Shown here piece after piece: positions 16,297-26,158 of a DNA stretch of 64,000 nucleotides. The notes under the pieces were generated by a model. It did no database searches. It had not been told where the DNA came from and was given only the letters and a program-made list of their open reading frames with translations. A program made the position numbers and the translations under genes. Source of the stretch: a virus; the IMG/VR virus record IMGVR_UViG_3300022552_000002, positions 32,001-96,000 of that record; one strand, given 5' to 3'. Position 1 is the stretch's first letter; each line of letters opens with the position of its first letter.

Positions 16297-16800
16297 ATGT
16301 TCAAGAAACGACGCAACGCATTTCGCAAAAGACGAGCCGTTTATCTTCTAGTTGCATGTCAACTTGATGAGAAGACCGTTGCACGAGAATTAAGCGTCAA
16401 AGAGAGCACTGTTCGTAAGTGGATGAAACAACCTGACTTTGCTGCCGAACTTGAGAAGGCTATGCAAAGGATAGAAGGCATTGATGCAAAGTGGCGTGCA
16501 AAACAGAATAAAATTCTATCTGGCAGGTTATATGAAGAGGCACACAATAGAATAGCGAACACTCGTGAATTAAGAGATATTCCATTGACTACATTAATCA
16601 GCAAGATAAGAGAAGTGAACAATGAAATCAGAGTTGATACTCCTGGTGATGCTACATCTCGAGGCGAAATGACACACAAGCATGAGCTACAAGATGCTCT
16701 GCTTGAACGATACAAGGAAGCACAGAAGCAACAACCGCGTCTCAGTTTGGTTGAAATGCCATCTGGAGATGAACCAAAGAAAGAGGGTACAAATGAGTGA
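16297..16800 (+). CDS. putative terminase small subunit (HTH)
   Basis: VARELSVKESTVRKWMKQPDF HTH plus coiled helices; lies upstream of TerL. Confidence 0.65.
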   Translation: MFKKRRNAFRKRRAVYLLVACQLDEKTVARELSVKESTVRKWMKQPDFAAELEKAMQRIEGIDAKWRAKQNKILSGRLYEEAHNRIANTRELRDIPLTTLISKIREVNNEIRVDTPGDATSRGEMTHKHELQDALLERYKEAQKQQPRLSLVEMPSGDEPKKEGTNE

Positions 16801-17062
16801 CGAAGAAAAAAAAGAAGGCATCTCAACAAGGATCTTTAGCAGAAAGAAGAAAGAATCTCCTGAAGAAGAAAAAGCCAAGGTGATGGAAGAGCCAGAGGCC
16901 ATGAAGCTCGAGGAGACGGCTCCTGAGCCACCGCCACCAGCAGTTTCCAAGGCACCAGCAAAGAAGTCAAAGCTCGCTGGTCATCCGGTTGCGCGCAGAA
17001 AGCATCGAACTGTGCTTTCTCAGAAGCCAAAAGAAGCACATAAATATCTGCAAACGAAGTAA
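16793..17062 (+). CDS. low-complexity hypothetical protein
   Basis: Overlapping start; E/K/P-rich. Confidence 0.6.
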   Translation: MSDEEKKEGISTRIFSRKKKESPEEEKAKVMEEPEAMKLEETAPEPPPPAVSKAPAKKSKLAGHPVARRKHRTVLSQKPKEAHKYLQTK

Positions 17063-17078
17063 CGGTTTTTGGTGCTTC

Positions 17079-19094
17079 ATGTTATCAATTAGTTCCGACA
17101 TAAAAAATAGTATAGGATCTCACTTTGATGAAGTTGTTGAATCAAAGAAAAAAGAACTGAAAAAATCGAAGAGTAAAAAACTTAAATTAGTTGAAGAAAA
17201 ACCTAAGCGCTTTCCACGACCAGTAAAACGCTTTCCCAAACCAGAAGGATGGACTCCACCTAGTTATCGAATAATCGTCAAGAAAGAACTTGATGAGGAA
17301 ACGATGAATAGGTGGATGTCTACTCCTCCGGGATGGCTTGCTGCATTAACTGAAGATGCAGAAGGTGATCCGACTGAGTTTTATGATTATCAAAATGAAC
17401 ATTTGCTCGACCAATCAATTTTCAAAGGTGTAGATAAAGCCAGACAAACTGGTTTCAGTTATGGCAAAGCTGGAGAAGCTTTAGCTAAAAGCCATTTGAA
17501 GTTGGTTCAGACAACGATTTTTATTTCAAAAGACAAAGAAGAAGCAAATGAAAAAATTTACTTTGCAAAATATCTATATTATTCAATGCCAACAGAGTAT
17601 CAAAGAAAAATTGTTGTTGAAAACAAGCAATCATTAGAGTTCGAATACAAGAATAGACGCACAAGAATTCTTAGTTTTGCTCAACGTCAACCTCGTGGTA
17701 AAGGCAATAACACAGATATTCTTCTTGACGAGTTCGCTCATATGATATGGGCGAATGAAATTTATACAGCTGCCGTTCCTGTTATTACCAGAGGTTCAGG
17801 AACAATTACTGTTGGTTCTACTCCACTTGGTAAGGGAACACTTCATTATGAAATCATGAATAATAAGGAAGGTTTTCCCTATTATTCACGTATACAAATT
17901 CCTTGGTGGTATTGTCCAATTCTTTGTACCAACGTTGAAGATGCCAGAAAACTCGCTCCTTTCATGGAAACAAAGGAGCGAGTTGATATATTTGGTACGC
18001 AAAAATTGAAAATGATTTATAAATCAATGATTGATGAAGAAGATTTTCAACAGGAATATGAACTTCATACAGCTGATGAAAGTTATTCTTATTATCCATT
18101 AGACCTGATTCGTTCTTGTGCATTCGAAGATGAGAAGAGTCAGATACTCGAAAACAATATCGATCCAGATGAGATTCCTGTAGGCTTCGCTCCAGTCAAA
18201 GGTGAGAGTGGTTTAGTGATGCCTGATACCATCATGAACCACTACAAGGATGAACATATCAATTGGTATTGCGATACAAATTCATTCCATGATGAAAATA
18301 CTATTATGGATGGCATTGAAGAAATGACAGATAAACTTCTGTTAGCAATGCAGATTGAAGGCTTTGGAAGAAATCTTCTTCTTGGAATGGATATTGGACG
18401 AAAGAGAGATAGTTCAGAGATTAGCATACTTGAAGAACATGATTTAGATTTATATAACCTTCATATCGAAAGAATGATGATAGAGCTGATTCACATACCA
18501 TATAGAATCCAAAAAGAAGCAATCAGGCTACTGATTAAAAAACTTCCAATTGTCAAGGCCACTATCGATGGGACAGAAGGTTCGCATGGTGCGGACATAG
18601 CTGAGACATTGACTTACGAATTTCCACAAGTTATTGAATCGATGAATTTTACTCCTGAATCAAAAGCACGTATGGCTAAGAATTTCCGCTTCAGATTGGA
18701 AGACAGAACAGTTGCTTTGTTGAATGATTCTAAGTCGATAAAGCAAATTCACAGCATTAAAAAGATTGTCACTGAAGCATCAAATGTAAAATTTGGTGCT
18801 GAAAAATCCAAGAAACATCATGGTGATAAATTCTGGTCTAAAGCATTAGCTAGTATTGGTGGTAATGAATATGATAGAAACAACATTATACAATCAGGAA
18901 AAATAATTGGTATTGGCGATAGCAGAAACTTTGCATCAAATTTGCATAATGGCGACTCAATCATTAGAATAGCTGACAATTCAATGACACCCAATATGCA
19001 ATTAGTGAAAAGTAGAATCCACAAAGACGATTTGCTCAGCGAAAGAGACGCTTATCAAGGCGAATTCTTTGACGCTGTTCCACATAAGTTCTAG
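17079..19094 (+). CDS. terL: terminase large subunit (Mu gp28-like)
   Basis: Walker A KARQTGFS, Walker B ILLDEFAH, STP coupling motif, nuclease GMDIGRKRD and HGDKFWSKALA. Start uncertain. Confidence 0.95.
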   Translation: MLSISSDIKNSIGSHFDEVVESKKKELKKSKSKKLKLVEEKPKRFPRPVKRFPKPEGWTPPSYRIIVKKELDEETMNRWMSTPPGWLAALTEDAEGDPTEFYDYQNEHLLDQSIFKGVDKARQTGFSYGKAGEALAKSHLKLVQTTIFISKDKEEANEKIYFAKYLYYSMPTEYQRKIVVENKQSLEFEYKNRRTRILSFAQRQPRGKGNNTDILLDEFAHMIWANEIYTAAVPVITRGSGTITVGSTPLGKGTLHYEIMNNKEGFPYYSRIQIPWWYCPILCTNVEDARKLAPFMETKERVDIFGTQKLKMIYKSMIDEEDFQQEYELHTADESYSYYPLDLIRSCAFEDEKSQILENNIDPDEIPVGFAPVKGESGLVMPDTIMNHYKDEHINWYCDTNSFHDENTIMDGIEEMTDKLLLAMQIEGFGRNLLLGMDIGRKRDSSEISILEEHDLDLYNLHIERMMIELIHIPYRIQKEAIRLLIKKLPIVKATIDGTEGSHGADIAETLTYEFPQVIESMNFTPESKARMAKNFRFRLEDRTVALLNDSKSIKQIHSIKKIVTEASNVKFGAEKSKKHHGDKFWSKALASIGGNEYDRNNIIQSGKIIGIGDSRNFASNLHNGDSIIRIADNSMTPNMQLVKSRIHKDDLLSERDAYQGEFFDAVPHKF

Positions 19095-19100
19095 AGGTTA

Positions 19101-20723
19101 GTGATGCAGCAAGCTCACGTTTTGAGAACGCCGTTCCCTAGCGAAACTGAGATAGCATCGCTTCCTCCGATTGCGAAAAATATTCTTGGAATGTTCGAAG
19201 GTCAGGTAGAAATGTCTGACTACAAAGAATTAGCAAATGGATTGGTTGATGCAAACAATGGTAGAGAACCAAATTTTGGTGAAGCAAAAGTTAAATATCG
19301 TAACCCTGATTTATTAAGGACTGCGAAAAAAGAAGCAGGAATTGGTGAATATAATCCTGATAGAATACCAGTTTCTACTTATGAAAAAATGAGGTTAGAT
19401 CCTCAAATTGCTCTTGCTACTGCACTCATAGAACTTCCTATTCTGGCTCAAAATTACAGAATCGAATGTGCCAATCCGAAGATAGCTGCTGTTGTAGATG
19501 CTTGTCTTCGTCCTATTTACAAGAAACTTCTCAAATCAATGCTTCGCGCAGTTCAGTTTGGTTTTGCAACTGGTGAGAAAGTTTGGGAAAAAGTCAAATT
19601 AAGAATCGATCAAGAAGGCGATGATGGTAAGAATGCTACTATTTATAATCGTTATACTGTTGTTCTTAAAAAGGTTAAGTTTATTCATCCAAAATCAGTT
19701 AGAATTATTAGAGATGAAAAGTCGGAAGATATTGAGTATGTTACGCAAACCCAAGACTATTATGATTTTAAAGGAAAAAGAGTTCCGAAAGTCCATATCA
19801 AAGATATGGTTTGGTTTGCGTTAGACGATGAATATGGAAATTTCTTTGGAAGTGCTCGTTATAAAAACGTATATCAAGCGTGGTACTGGTATCAAATAGT
19901 TGTTCAATTTATGCTGCGCTATCTTGAGCGTCGTGGCGCTCCAGCAGCAGTTGGTAAAGCACCATTTGGTTCTACAACAAAAGCAGATGGTGAAAAGGTT
20001 TCAAATATTGATGTGATTTTGGAGGCAGCATACGCTCTTGTTTCAAATTCTGCTGTTGCCATCCCATCACAATATGATAAAAATGGTAACGAATTATGGA
20101 AACTCGAGCTTGTTGAAGACGAACAACGTGGCGAACTCTTTCTTGAAGTTCTTCGTTATTTCAATATCTTAAAGCTTCGTGGTCTCTTTGTTCCAGACAA
20201 GGTTGGGACAGCTGAAGGTGCGTCAACGAATGCTACTACTGAAGGGCACACTGACGTTCATCTTTTAGAAGAAGAGGCTTTAACTCAGTTCCTTGAGAGT
20301 TGTTTAAACACACAAGTTATTCCTGATATTGTTCAAAACAATTTCCCTCCAAGTAAAATAGTTCCTTGTACTATCAAGATTGAAAGACTCAATCATAGCA
20401 AGCGCGCACTTATGAAGGACGTGCTAACTAGAATGCTTATGGTCTATTCAGGAGCCATGCGTGATGGTAATTGGCCAAATTGGTTGCCATCAGTGAAAGA
20501 GATTGCAAAATTCCTTGAGGTTCCTGGTTCTGAATCAACAACACAATTCTTGCCATTGAATATCAATGATGGTAATAATGATAATCCAGATGCATCATCT
20601 GATGATGATTCTTCAGATGATACGCCTTCAGATAAAAAAGATAAGATAGATAAAAACAACAAAGATGCGACTCCCCGGAAGGATCGTACTCGTCGTGATA
20701 GGCGTTCAAAAGAGCGCGCCTGA
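19101..20723 (+). CDS. portal protein (Mu gp29 / DUF935-like)
   Basis: YEKMRLDPQI, AVQFGFATGEKVW, YLERRGAPAAVGK and LNTQVIPDIV..NF motifs; follows TerL. Confidence 0.85.
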   Translation: MMQQAHVLRTPFPSETEIASLPPIAKNILGMFEGQVEMSDYKELANGLVDANNGREPNFGEAKVKYRNPDLLRTAKKEAGIGEYNPDRIPVSTYEKMRLDPQIALATALIELPILAQNYRIECANPKIAAVVDACLRPIYKKLLKSMLRAVQFGFATGEKVWEKVKLRIDQEGDDGKNATIYNRYTVVLKKVKFIHPKSVRIIRDEKSEDIEYVTQTQDYYDFKGKRVPKVHIKDMVWFALDDEYGNFFGSARYKNVYQAWYWYQIVVQFMLRYLERRGAPAAVGKAPFGSTTKADGEKVSNIDVILEAAYALVSNSAVAIPSQYDKNGNELWKLELVEDEQRGELFLEVLRYFNILKLRGLFVPDKVGTAEGASTNATTEGHTDVHLLEEEALTQFLESCLNTQVIPDIVQNNFPPSKIVPCTIKIERLNHSKRALMKDVLTRMLMVYSGAMRDGNWPNWLPSVKEIAKFLEVPGSESTTQFLPLNINDGNNDNPDASSDDDSSDDTPSDKKDKIDKNNKDATPRKDRTRRDRRSKERA

Positions 20724-20738
20724 ACATAGGAGTCCAAG

Positions 20739-22766
20739 ATGCAAACTAAGCTTGAAAAACGTATTCAAGACCTTCTTAAAGACCCAAAGTTCAGGCCAAA
20801 TCAAAAGAAGAAAACACGCGAGATGTCTGCTTTGGCTATTTGCCAAGCGTCTCAGAATAAAAAGAAAAACTCTGAAGCAGACATTTTCTCTACTTTATAT
20901 GATCTACCAGAGAGCATTGCTATTTCCATCAACGAAGATGGAATGATTGAACTTTCTGAAATCGAAGATATTGAAGATCAGGTTTTTGAAGAAACTAATG
21001 ATGAATCTGGATACGATTTATTCTTTGATGAAAATGGCATGGAAGACGAAAGCATGAATGGGTTTTTGATCCTTAGTGAAATCAGTCTAACTGAAAAGAA
21101 AAAGAAGAAGAGCGAAGATAGCGACGATGATGACGATGATGACGATGATGATGATGATAGCTACAAAGCTGCTATTTCTCAATTAGAACTTCTTCGTTCT
21201 GGTACTTGGGCACATCCATGGTATGGAAAAATTGTTTTTGATAAGAAATATTTCGTAAGTTGTATTCAGAATTTTGCCAATAATATCCTTCATCGCGACA
21301 TCTCCTTTGATGCTCAACATATGCCATGGTTTGGCGCAGTCGCTTGGGTGACTAAGCTGAGCATGAGTTTGAGAAAATTCTTCGATGGCAAACGTCGTTG
21401 GGTGCTGAAAGCTGAAGCTGAGTTCACAGAAGATGGAGAGAAAATGATCCGCCAAAAGCGGTTCAAATATTTCTCTTCTGAAGTTCACGATAATTATCGC
21501 GAACAAGAGATGGGTAAAGACGAAGACGAAAATAAACTCAAAGAATACGGTCCCACTTTGATGGGGGGTGGCGTCACCAATCGCCCTTACATCTCGGGAA
21601 TGTTGGCAGTACAGCTCAGTGAGGATGGTTTGGGTTTCAGGAGTGTCAAGCCCGTCACGAATGGTCCCCCAACCAAAACCTTTACTGAAGTAGCAGTTGG
21701 TGACGAGGAGGTAAGCGAAGAAGAAATTGAAAAAATTGTTACCAAACTGGACGAAATTATAAAAGAAAAGAAAATAGATCTAGCAGAGACAACAGCTCGA
21801 CCGCCTGAAAGTACGCTTCCTGATACATCATTTGCCCTGATAAAAGAAGACAAGACAGGGAATGTGGTGAAGCGTGCGTTGTCTCACCACAAACCTGATG
21901 TCAAGTCAAATGCAGAGGACAGCTCTGTGGACATTAGGGCTCTCAGGAAGGCTTTGGCGCAGTGGAATCATGTCAAGGGGTTTACCCCTGCTGAAATCGT
22001 CAAGGCAAAGGAACACCTTCTAGCTCATGCTAGTGAGGTGTTGAAGTCCCAAGAGGCTGCGCCAGCAGCAAAACCAGCAACACAAGAAGGAGTCGATAGC
22101 ATGGACTTCGAGCAGATGATCAAAGATGTCCAGACGAAGCTCGACGCCTTGGACGACAAGGACTCCGAAATCGCCAAGGCATACTCCGAGCAGATTACCA
22201 CCATCAAGGCTACCCAGCAAAAGGCAGAGGAAACTGCGAAAGAGTTCGCAGATGACCAGGGAAAGAAATTTGCTGAGCAGCAGAAGAAGATCGAAGAGCA
22301 GAACGAAGCTCTCGAGAACCAGAAGAAGAAGTTCGATGAGATGGAATCTCGTTGGGCTGTCGCAGATGAGGAGCGTCGTCAGGCGCAAATCAGTCTCTTC
22401 TGTGAGTCTCTTGAGAAAGAAGATCACCTTCCAGCGACTATCGAAGTCGTGAAGAGGTACATGTTTGCGGACGTGGGCAGCTTCACGATGGAGTTCAGTG
22501 AAGGCGAAGGCGAAGAGAAGAAGGAAGTCAAGGTTAACCTTGAAAAGATGTTCAAGGAAATCCTGGATTCCATTCCGAAAGAGCGTCGCGCCAAGCTGAG
22601 TGAGAATCTGAGAGGCGAAGGTGATGACACTCCTGTTGTCGCCGCCAAGACAGAAGTCAATCTCTCGGATGAAGAGAAGCCGGTCAACATCGACGATCCC
22701 AAACGTCGTGCCCGTGCTCTTTCCAGAGCTGGCTACAAGGTGAAAGAAGCAGGCGACATTCAGTAA
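20739..22766 (+). CDS. prohead protease / scaffold (Mu gpI-like)
   Basis: LLRSGTW.HP.YG, FDAQH..AVAWV, FTEDG..KYFSSE and GGGVTNRPYI motifs; acidic coiled-coil C-terminus. Confidence 0.85.
   Translation: MQTKLEKRIQDLLKDPKFRPNQKKKTREMSALAICQASQNKKKNSEADIFSTLYDLPESIAISINEDGMIELSEIEDIEDQVFEETNDESGYDLFFDENGMEDESMNGFLILSEISLTEKKKKKSEDSDDDDDDDDDDDDSYKAAISQLELLRSGTWAHPWYGKIVFDKKYFVSCIQNFANNILHRDISFDAQHMPWFGAVAWVTKLSMSLRKFFDGKRRWVLKAEAEFTEDGEKMIRQKRFKYFSSEVHDNYREQEMGKDEDENKLKEYGPTLMGGGVTNRPYISGMLAVQLSEDGLGFRSVKPVTNGPPTKTFTEVAVGDEEVSEEEIEKIVTKLDEIIKEKKIDLAETTARPPESTLPDTSFALIKEDKTGNVVKRALSHHKPDVKSNAEDSSVDIRALRKALAQWNHVKGFTPAEIVKAKEHLLAHASEVLKSQEAAPAAKPATQEGVDSMDFEQMIKDVQTKLDALDDKDSEIAKAYSEQITTIKATQQKAEETAKEFADDQGKKFAEQQKKIEEQNEALENQKKKFDEMESRWAVADEERRQAQISLFCESLEKEDHLPATIEVVKRYMFADVGSFTMEFSEGEGEEKKEVKVNLEKMFKEILDSIPKERRAKLSENLRGEGDDTPVVAAKTEVNLSDEEKPVNIDDPKRRARALSRAGYKVKEAGDIQ
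21117..21158 (+). repeat. GAY trinucleotide run (poly-Asp tract) in the protease N-terminal region
   Basis: DSDDDDDDDDDDDD encoded by mixed GAC/GAT codons. Confidence 0.8.
22101..22766 (+). CDS. nested in-frame scaffolding protein (internal start)
   Basis: AAGGAG SD followed by in-frame ATG 22101 (MDFEQMIK); codon usage shifts to GC3-rich from this point. Confidence 0.6.
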   Translation: MDFEQMIKDVQTKLDALDDKDSEIAKAYSEQITTIKATQQKAEETAKEFADDQGKKFAEQQKKIEEQNEALENQKKKFDEMESRWAVADEERRQAQISLFCESLEKEDHLPATIEVVKRYMFADVGSFTMEFSEGEGEEKKEVKVNLEKMFKEILDSIPKERRAKLSENLRGEGDDTPVVAAKTEVNLSDEEKPVNIDDPKRRARALSRAGYKVKEAGDIQ

Positions 22767-22831
22767 GTAGGAGACCTGGCTTATTGAGTGTTTTCTGTTG
22801 AAGAGAAGAAAAAGAAACTCGGAGGAACGAG

Positions 22832-23245
22832 ATGAGTGACCAGATTGGATACCACGGGTACGATGGCACGGGTCTCAGTGAGGAGATCCTTGCTTCGAAA
22901 GAAAACCTCGTCGAGCAGTCTGTGACTATCGACGCTTCCTGTCGTGACACTCAGCACGATGTTACGACAGATCTTCGTCGTGGTTTGGTTCTGTGGCCTG
23001 ACCCGACAGTGGCAGATCGCTACACGCAGTTCGATGCTGCTGCCAAGACAGCCCTCGCTGGTGCTGAAGCTGTGGTTCTCGCTGTGCCGCTGGACATCAG
23101 TGGTAGTGTGGATCTTGTGGCAAAGGTCTACTACGGTGGTGTCTTCAAGCCAGACAAGCTGGTGGATGACAGCGGTTATGGCCTGACCCACTTCGATGCA
23201 ACCGAGCGTGCTAAGGCACAGCGCATCATCATCAAGAATGAGTAG
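22832..23245 (+). CDS. head decoration protein (lambda gpD-like position)
   Basis: 137 aa between scaffold and MCP; SVTIDA..LRRGLVL..AVVLA..VYYGGVF pattern. Confidence 0.7.
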   Translation: MSDQIGYHGYDGTGLSEEILASKENLVEQSVTIDASCRDTQHDVTTDLRRGLVLWPDPTVADRYTQFDAAAKTALAGAEAVVLAVPLDISGSVDLVAKVYYGGVFKPDKLVDDSGYGLTHFDATERAKAQRIIIKNE

Positions 23246-23303
23246 TGTGGTTTGGAGGAGACACACTCTTTCTTGAAAGGAAAGTTCTGAAAAGGAGTAA
23301 GAA

Positions 23304-24557
23304 ATGGATGATCTGAGAAACCACGAACTCCTCCAGCCAGCGCATATCTCCAAGCTGCTGGATGAGATCATTCCTGACGACAGTCAGTATTACATGACGA
23401 CTATCATTCCGTTAGTCACTCAGGATACTGACGAAGTGATCGTGGATGTGCGCGACAATATCGGTGGCATGACTCAGGCAGTGGCCCAGGGTGCTGAGTC
23501 GCCGATGGTTGAGTTCCGGGGACAGAGCCAGTTCAAGTTCACCCCGGCGCATTTCCGTGAGAAGACAGTGTTGAGTGAGCGCGATCTCAAAGTGATCCGC
23601 AAGATCGGTACTGCTTCTGAGTTAGCCAAGGCTGAAGATCGTGTGGCCGAGGTCGTTGGTGGTCTGCGTATGCGCCTCGAGACAAGGATCGAGTGGTGCA
23701 AATGGCAGATGGTCTTCGGTACTCTCGACATCGATCAAACCGATGTGCAGTTCTCGGTGGATTACGGTATTCCAGCGGACTACACGCCAACACTCGCTGG
23801 TGTTGACAAATGGGATGCGCTGGCAACAGCTGATCCTGTTGATGACATCATTGAGTGGGCGTACCTGTTCAGGGATGAGGGAATCGATCCTGAGTACCTG
23901 CTCTTTACTCGTGCGGTCGAGAAGCTTCTGCTTCAGAACACAACACTGCGTGAGTTGGCCGAGGCACACTACACCAATACCGGCAAAGCCGAGATGAACA
24001 CGGCTCGCCTCAACGAGATGCTGAAAACCTTCGCGGGTTATGCATACAAGGTGTACGACAAGGGTTACTTCTTCAAGATGAAGTTAGAAACTCCTGTCAC
24101 ACCAGCGAGCACAAGCTTCATCGTCAGCGAGAACCCTGGTGTCAATACTGGTGATGAGGTGACGTTGATCCACAAGAGTGGTTCGCGTCTTCCTGGTGGA
24201 AAAGTGAAAGTCACGGTCACGCCGACCGGTCTTTCCTTTGCGCACGCTGCTATCGGTGGAACCGTGACCTTCCCGGCCGGTTCTACCGTTCGCATCAAGA
24301 AACGCTTCATCCCTGACAACCTAGCGTTGCTCATGGGTGCGGTGCCTCCTGGGACCACAGGTGGTACGGACTTCGCAGAGTTCGTTTCAACTCCAAGTCC
24401 CTACAATGGTGGCATCATGAATGCGCAGCCTGGTCCGTTCGGGAAGGTTGTTGTGGATGATGATGGCGATCCTCCTAAGGTGTCGGTCATTGCCGGTATC
24501 TCGGGGCTTCCTGTTCTGTATCATCCGACCTGCAACCTGATCGCTACTGTCTACTAG
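23304..24557 (+). CDS. major capsid protein (lambda gpE-like, HK97 fold) with inserted beta-domain
   Basis: FTPAHFREK, LETRIEWCKWQMVFG, VDYGIP, KWD..ADPVDDI, RFIPD and GLPVLYHP motifs; strong codon bias. Confidence 0.9.
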   Translation: MDDLRNHELLQPAHISKLLDEIIPDDSQYYMTTIIPLVTQDTDEVIVDVRDNIGGMTQAVAQGAESPMVEFRGQSQFKFTPAHFREKTVLSERDLKVIRKIGTASELAKAEDRVAEVVGGLRMRLETRIEWCKWQMVFGTLDIDQTDVQFSVDYGIPADYTPTLAGVDKWDALATADPVDDIIEWAYLFRDEGIDPEYLLFTRAVEKLLLQNTTLRELAEAHYTNTGKAEMNTARLNEMLKTFAGYAYKVYDKGYFFKMKLETPVTPASTSFIVSENPGVNTGDEVTLIHKSGSRLPGGKVKVTVTPTGLSFAHAAIGGTVTFPAGSTVRIKKRFIPDNLALLMGAVPPGTTGGTDFAEFVSTPSPYNGGIMNAQPGPFGKVVVDDDGDPPKVSVIAGISGLPVLYHPTCNLIATVY

Positions 24558-24575
24558 CGTAGACGTGATGAATGT

Positions 24576-24618
24576 TTTTCAAGGCTGGGGTATGGGAAAC
24601 TGTACCCCACCTTGAAAA
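24576..24618 (+). terminator. long stem-loop after the major capsid gene (terminator, processing or stabilising hairpin)
   Basis: TTTTCAAGG-C-TGGGGTATGG-GAAA-CTGTACCCCA-CCTTGAAAA, with a GNRA tetraloop. Confidence 0.65.
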
Positions 24619-24663
24619 GCTTCTTCATAAAATAAAAAACAACAGAAACGATAGGAGAAAACG

Positions 24664-25071
24664 ATGGCAAAGAAAGTTCTTAGTGATTTCACTGTTGAGT
24701 GCCATCTCAATGGTTGGCATTGCAAAAACAAGTCAAGTGCTACCAAGATGGTTGGTGGCAATGTCAAGATTCTGCGAAGTGGTCAGAAGTTCAGGGGTGA
24801 CGAAATCATAGAACGCATGGTTGTCGCCCTTGAGCCACCAGCTGATACTTTCAGAGATAAAGCTACTGGCAAAATGACAGAAGTTCTGTCTCTTGTTGGT
24901 GGTTCTGCCAAAGATCTTCGCGTTGCTTTCGAAGATAGGCAGAAGGAACTTGAGTCTGTCAGTGAAGCATCGGTTGTCAAACCTGAGCCGACTCCTGATC
25001 CAGAAGATGATGAAGAAGAAAAGAAAGAGAAATCGAAAGAGCCCAAGCGTAATCCACGCCCCCCACAGTAA
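24664..25071 (+). CDS. hypothetical virion-region protein
   Basis: AGGAG SD; charged low-complexity C-terminal tail. Confidence 0.7.
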   Translation: MAKKVLSDFTVECHLNGWHCKNKSSATKMVGGNVKILRSGQKFRGDEIIERMVVALEPPADTFRDKATGKMTEVLSLVGGSAKDLRVAFEDRQKELESVSEASVVKPEPTPDPEDDEEEKKEKSKEPKRNPRPPQ

Positions 25072-25106
25072 GAGATATCAACAATTTCAGTTGAGAGGGG
25101 CACAAG

Positions 25107-25460
25107 ATGAGTAGAGACATAAAAGAAGAAGTCGTCAAAGCTGAATATTGGCTTGACGGAATCGATCCTGAGCTTCACGACAAAGCTCAGAACGATCCAG
25201 ATTATTTGTTTCGAACACAAGAAAAAAAGATTGCAATATTTCTCAAAGCCAGAGGATTTCCTGTTCGTGGCTTAGAGAAAAAGCAGTTGAGAATTGCCGG
25301 TGGTCAGAATAAGAAGATTCTTACATTCTGTTTTGACCATACCGTGCAAAGAGCTAGATTAGAATATTACAATGACAATAATCCTGAGTCGTACAACGTG
25401 AATGCCAAATCCATTCTCGATGCGCAACAGGACATCACTTCAATGATTGTGAATTTTTAG
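25107..25460 (+). CDS. DUF5659-like protein
   Basis: IAIFLKARGF...LTFCFD...YYN..VNAK pattern. Confidence 0.55.
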   Translation: MSRDIKEEVVKAEYWLDGIDPELHDKAQNDPDYLFRTQEKKIAIFLKARGFPVRGLEKKQLRIAGGQNKKILTFCFDHTVQRARLEYYNDNNPESYNVNAKSILDAQQDITSMIVNF

Positions 25461-25469
25461 GAGGGAAAG

Positions 25470-25802
25470 ATGGAAGAAGCAACAAAACTCGTTTCACTTA
25501 ATGACTTAATCACATTGAGTAATCTTGTGTTGATTATTGCGATCCAAGTTGTACTTGGTGCTGTTAAGGTCACACTCGAAAAACTGAAGCTTTTGAAAAA
25601 GCTTCCAGTGGAAATACTTCTTCCATATGCTCCAATGCTCATGGGCATGGCAGCGGCTTTTATTCCTGGTGTCATTGATGCAGCTAACTTAGGCACCAAG
25701 ATTGTTTTTGGTGTTGCGATTGGTGGCATTAGTGGTCAGATTTGGAAAGCTGTTTGGAAGAATAGTGGCGATCTTCTTGATGGTAAACTTGGAGAAAAAT
25801 AA
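25470..25802 (+). CDS. putative holin (three hydrophobic segments)
   Basis: 110 aa with TM helices and a charged C-terminal tail; precedes the spanin-like pair. Confidence 0.55.
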   Translation: MEEATKLVSLNDLITLSNLVLIIAIQVVLGAVKVTLEKLKLLKKLPVEILLPYAPMLMGMAAAFIPGVIDAANLGTKIVFGVAIGGISGQIWKAVWKNSGDLLDGKLGEK

Positions 25803-26158
25803 TGAGTTTCAAATTAATCATAAGTTGGTTTAAAACTAACGCAGTAAAAATATTACTTCTATTACTGCTTTTTGTTGTGCTTATTTTGATAGCACTCACG
25901 TTTTGGTTCAAGCTGCGTGGGTTTAAGATAACGGACTTGCTTCTTCGTTTGCAGGTGGCCAATGCTAAGAATGAGGTAAACCACCTGCAAACGAAGAAGA
26001 CACTATTAGAAGCTAAAGAAACAATTAAGATAAATGATATTAGAGAAATTGAAAAAGAAATCAAAGAAGAAAAGAAGAAAGTAGAAGCAGGAAAGATGAA
26101 GATTGAAGGGATGACAAACGATGAGATTATTGCTCGTTTTACTGAGCTTGGCTTTTAG
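25802..26158 (+). CDS. putative inner-membrane spanin-like protein
   Basis: N-terminal TM (ILLLLLLFVVLILIAL) followed by coiled coil. Confidence 0.5.
   Translation: MSFKLIISWFKTNAVKILLLLLLFVVLILIALTFWFKLRGFKITDLLLRLQVANAKNEVNHLQTKKTLLEAKETIKINDIREIEKEIKEEKKKVEAGKMKIEGMTNDEIIARFTELGF

Noticed and set aside
18120-18370. Possible intein in the terminase (extra segment between ATPase and nuclease)
   Set aside because: There are no intein N-terminal (C/S) block, C-terminal HN-C/S/T or LAGLIDADG motifs, so it is treated as a linker insertion.
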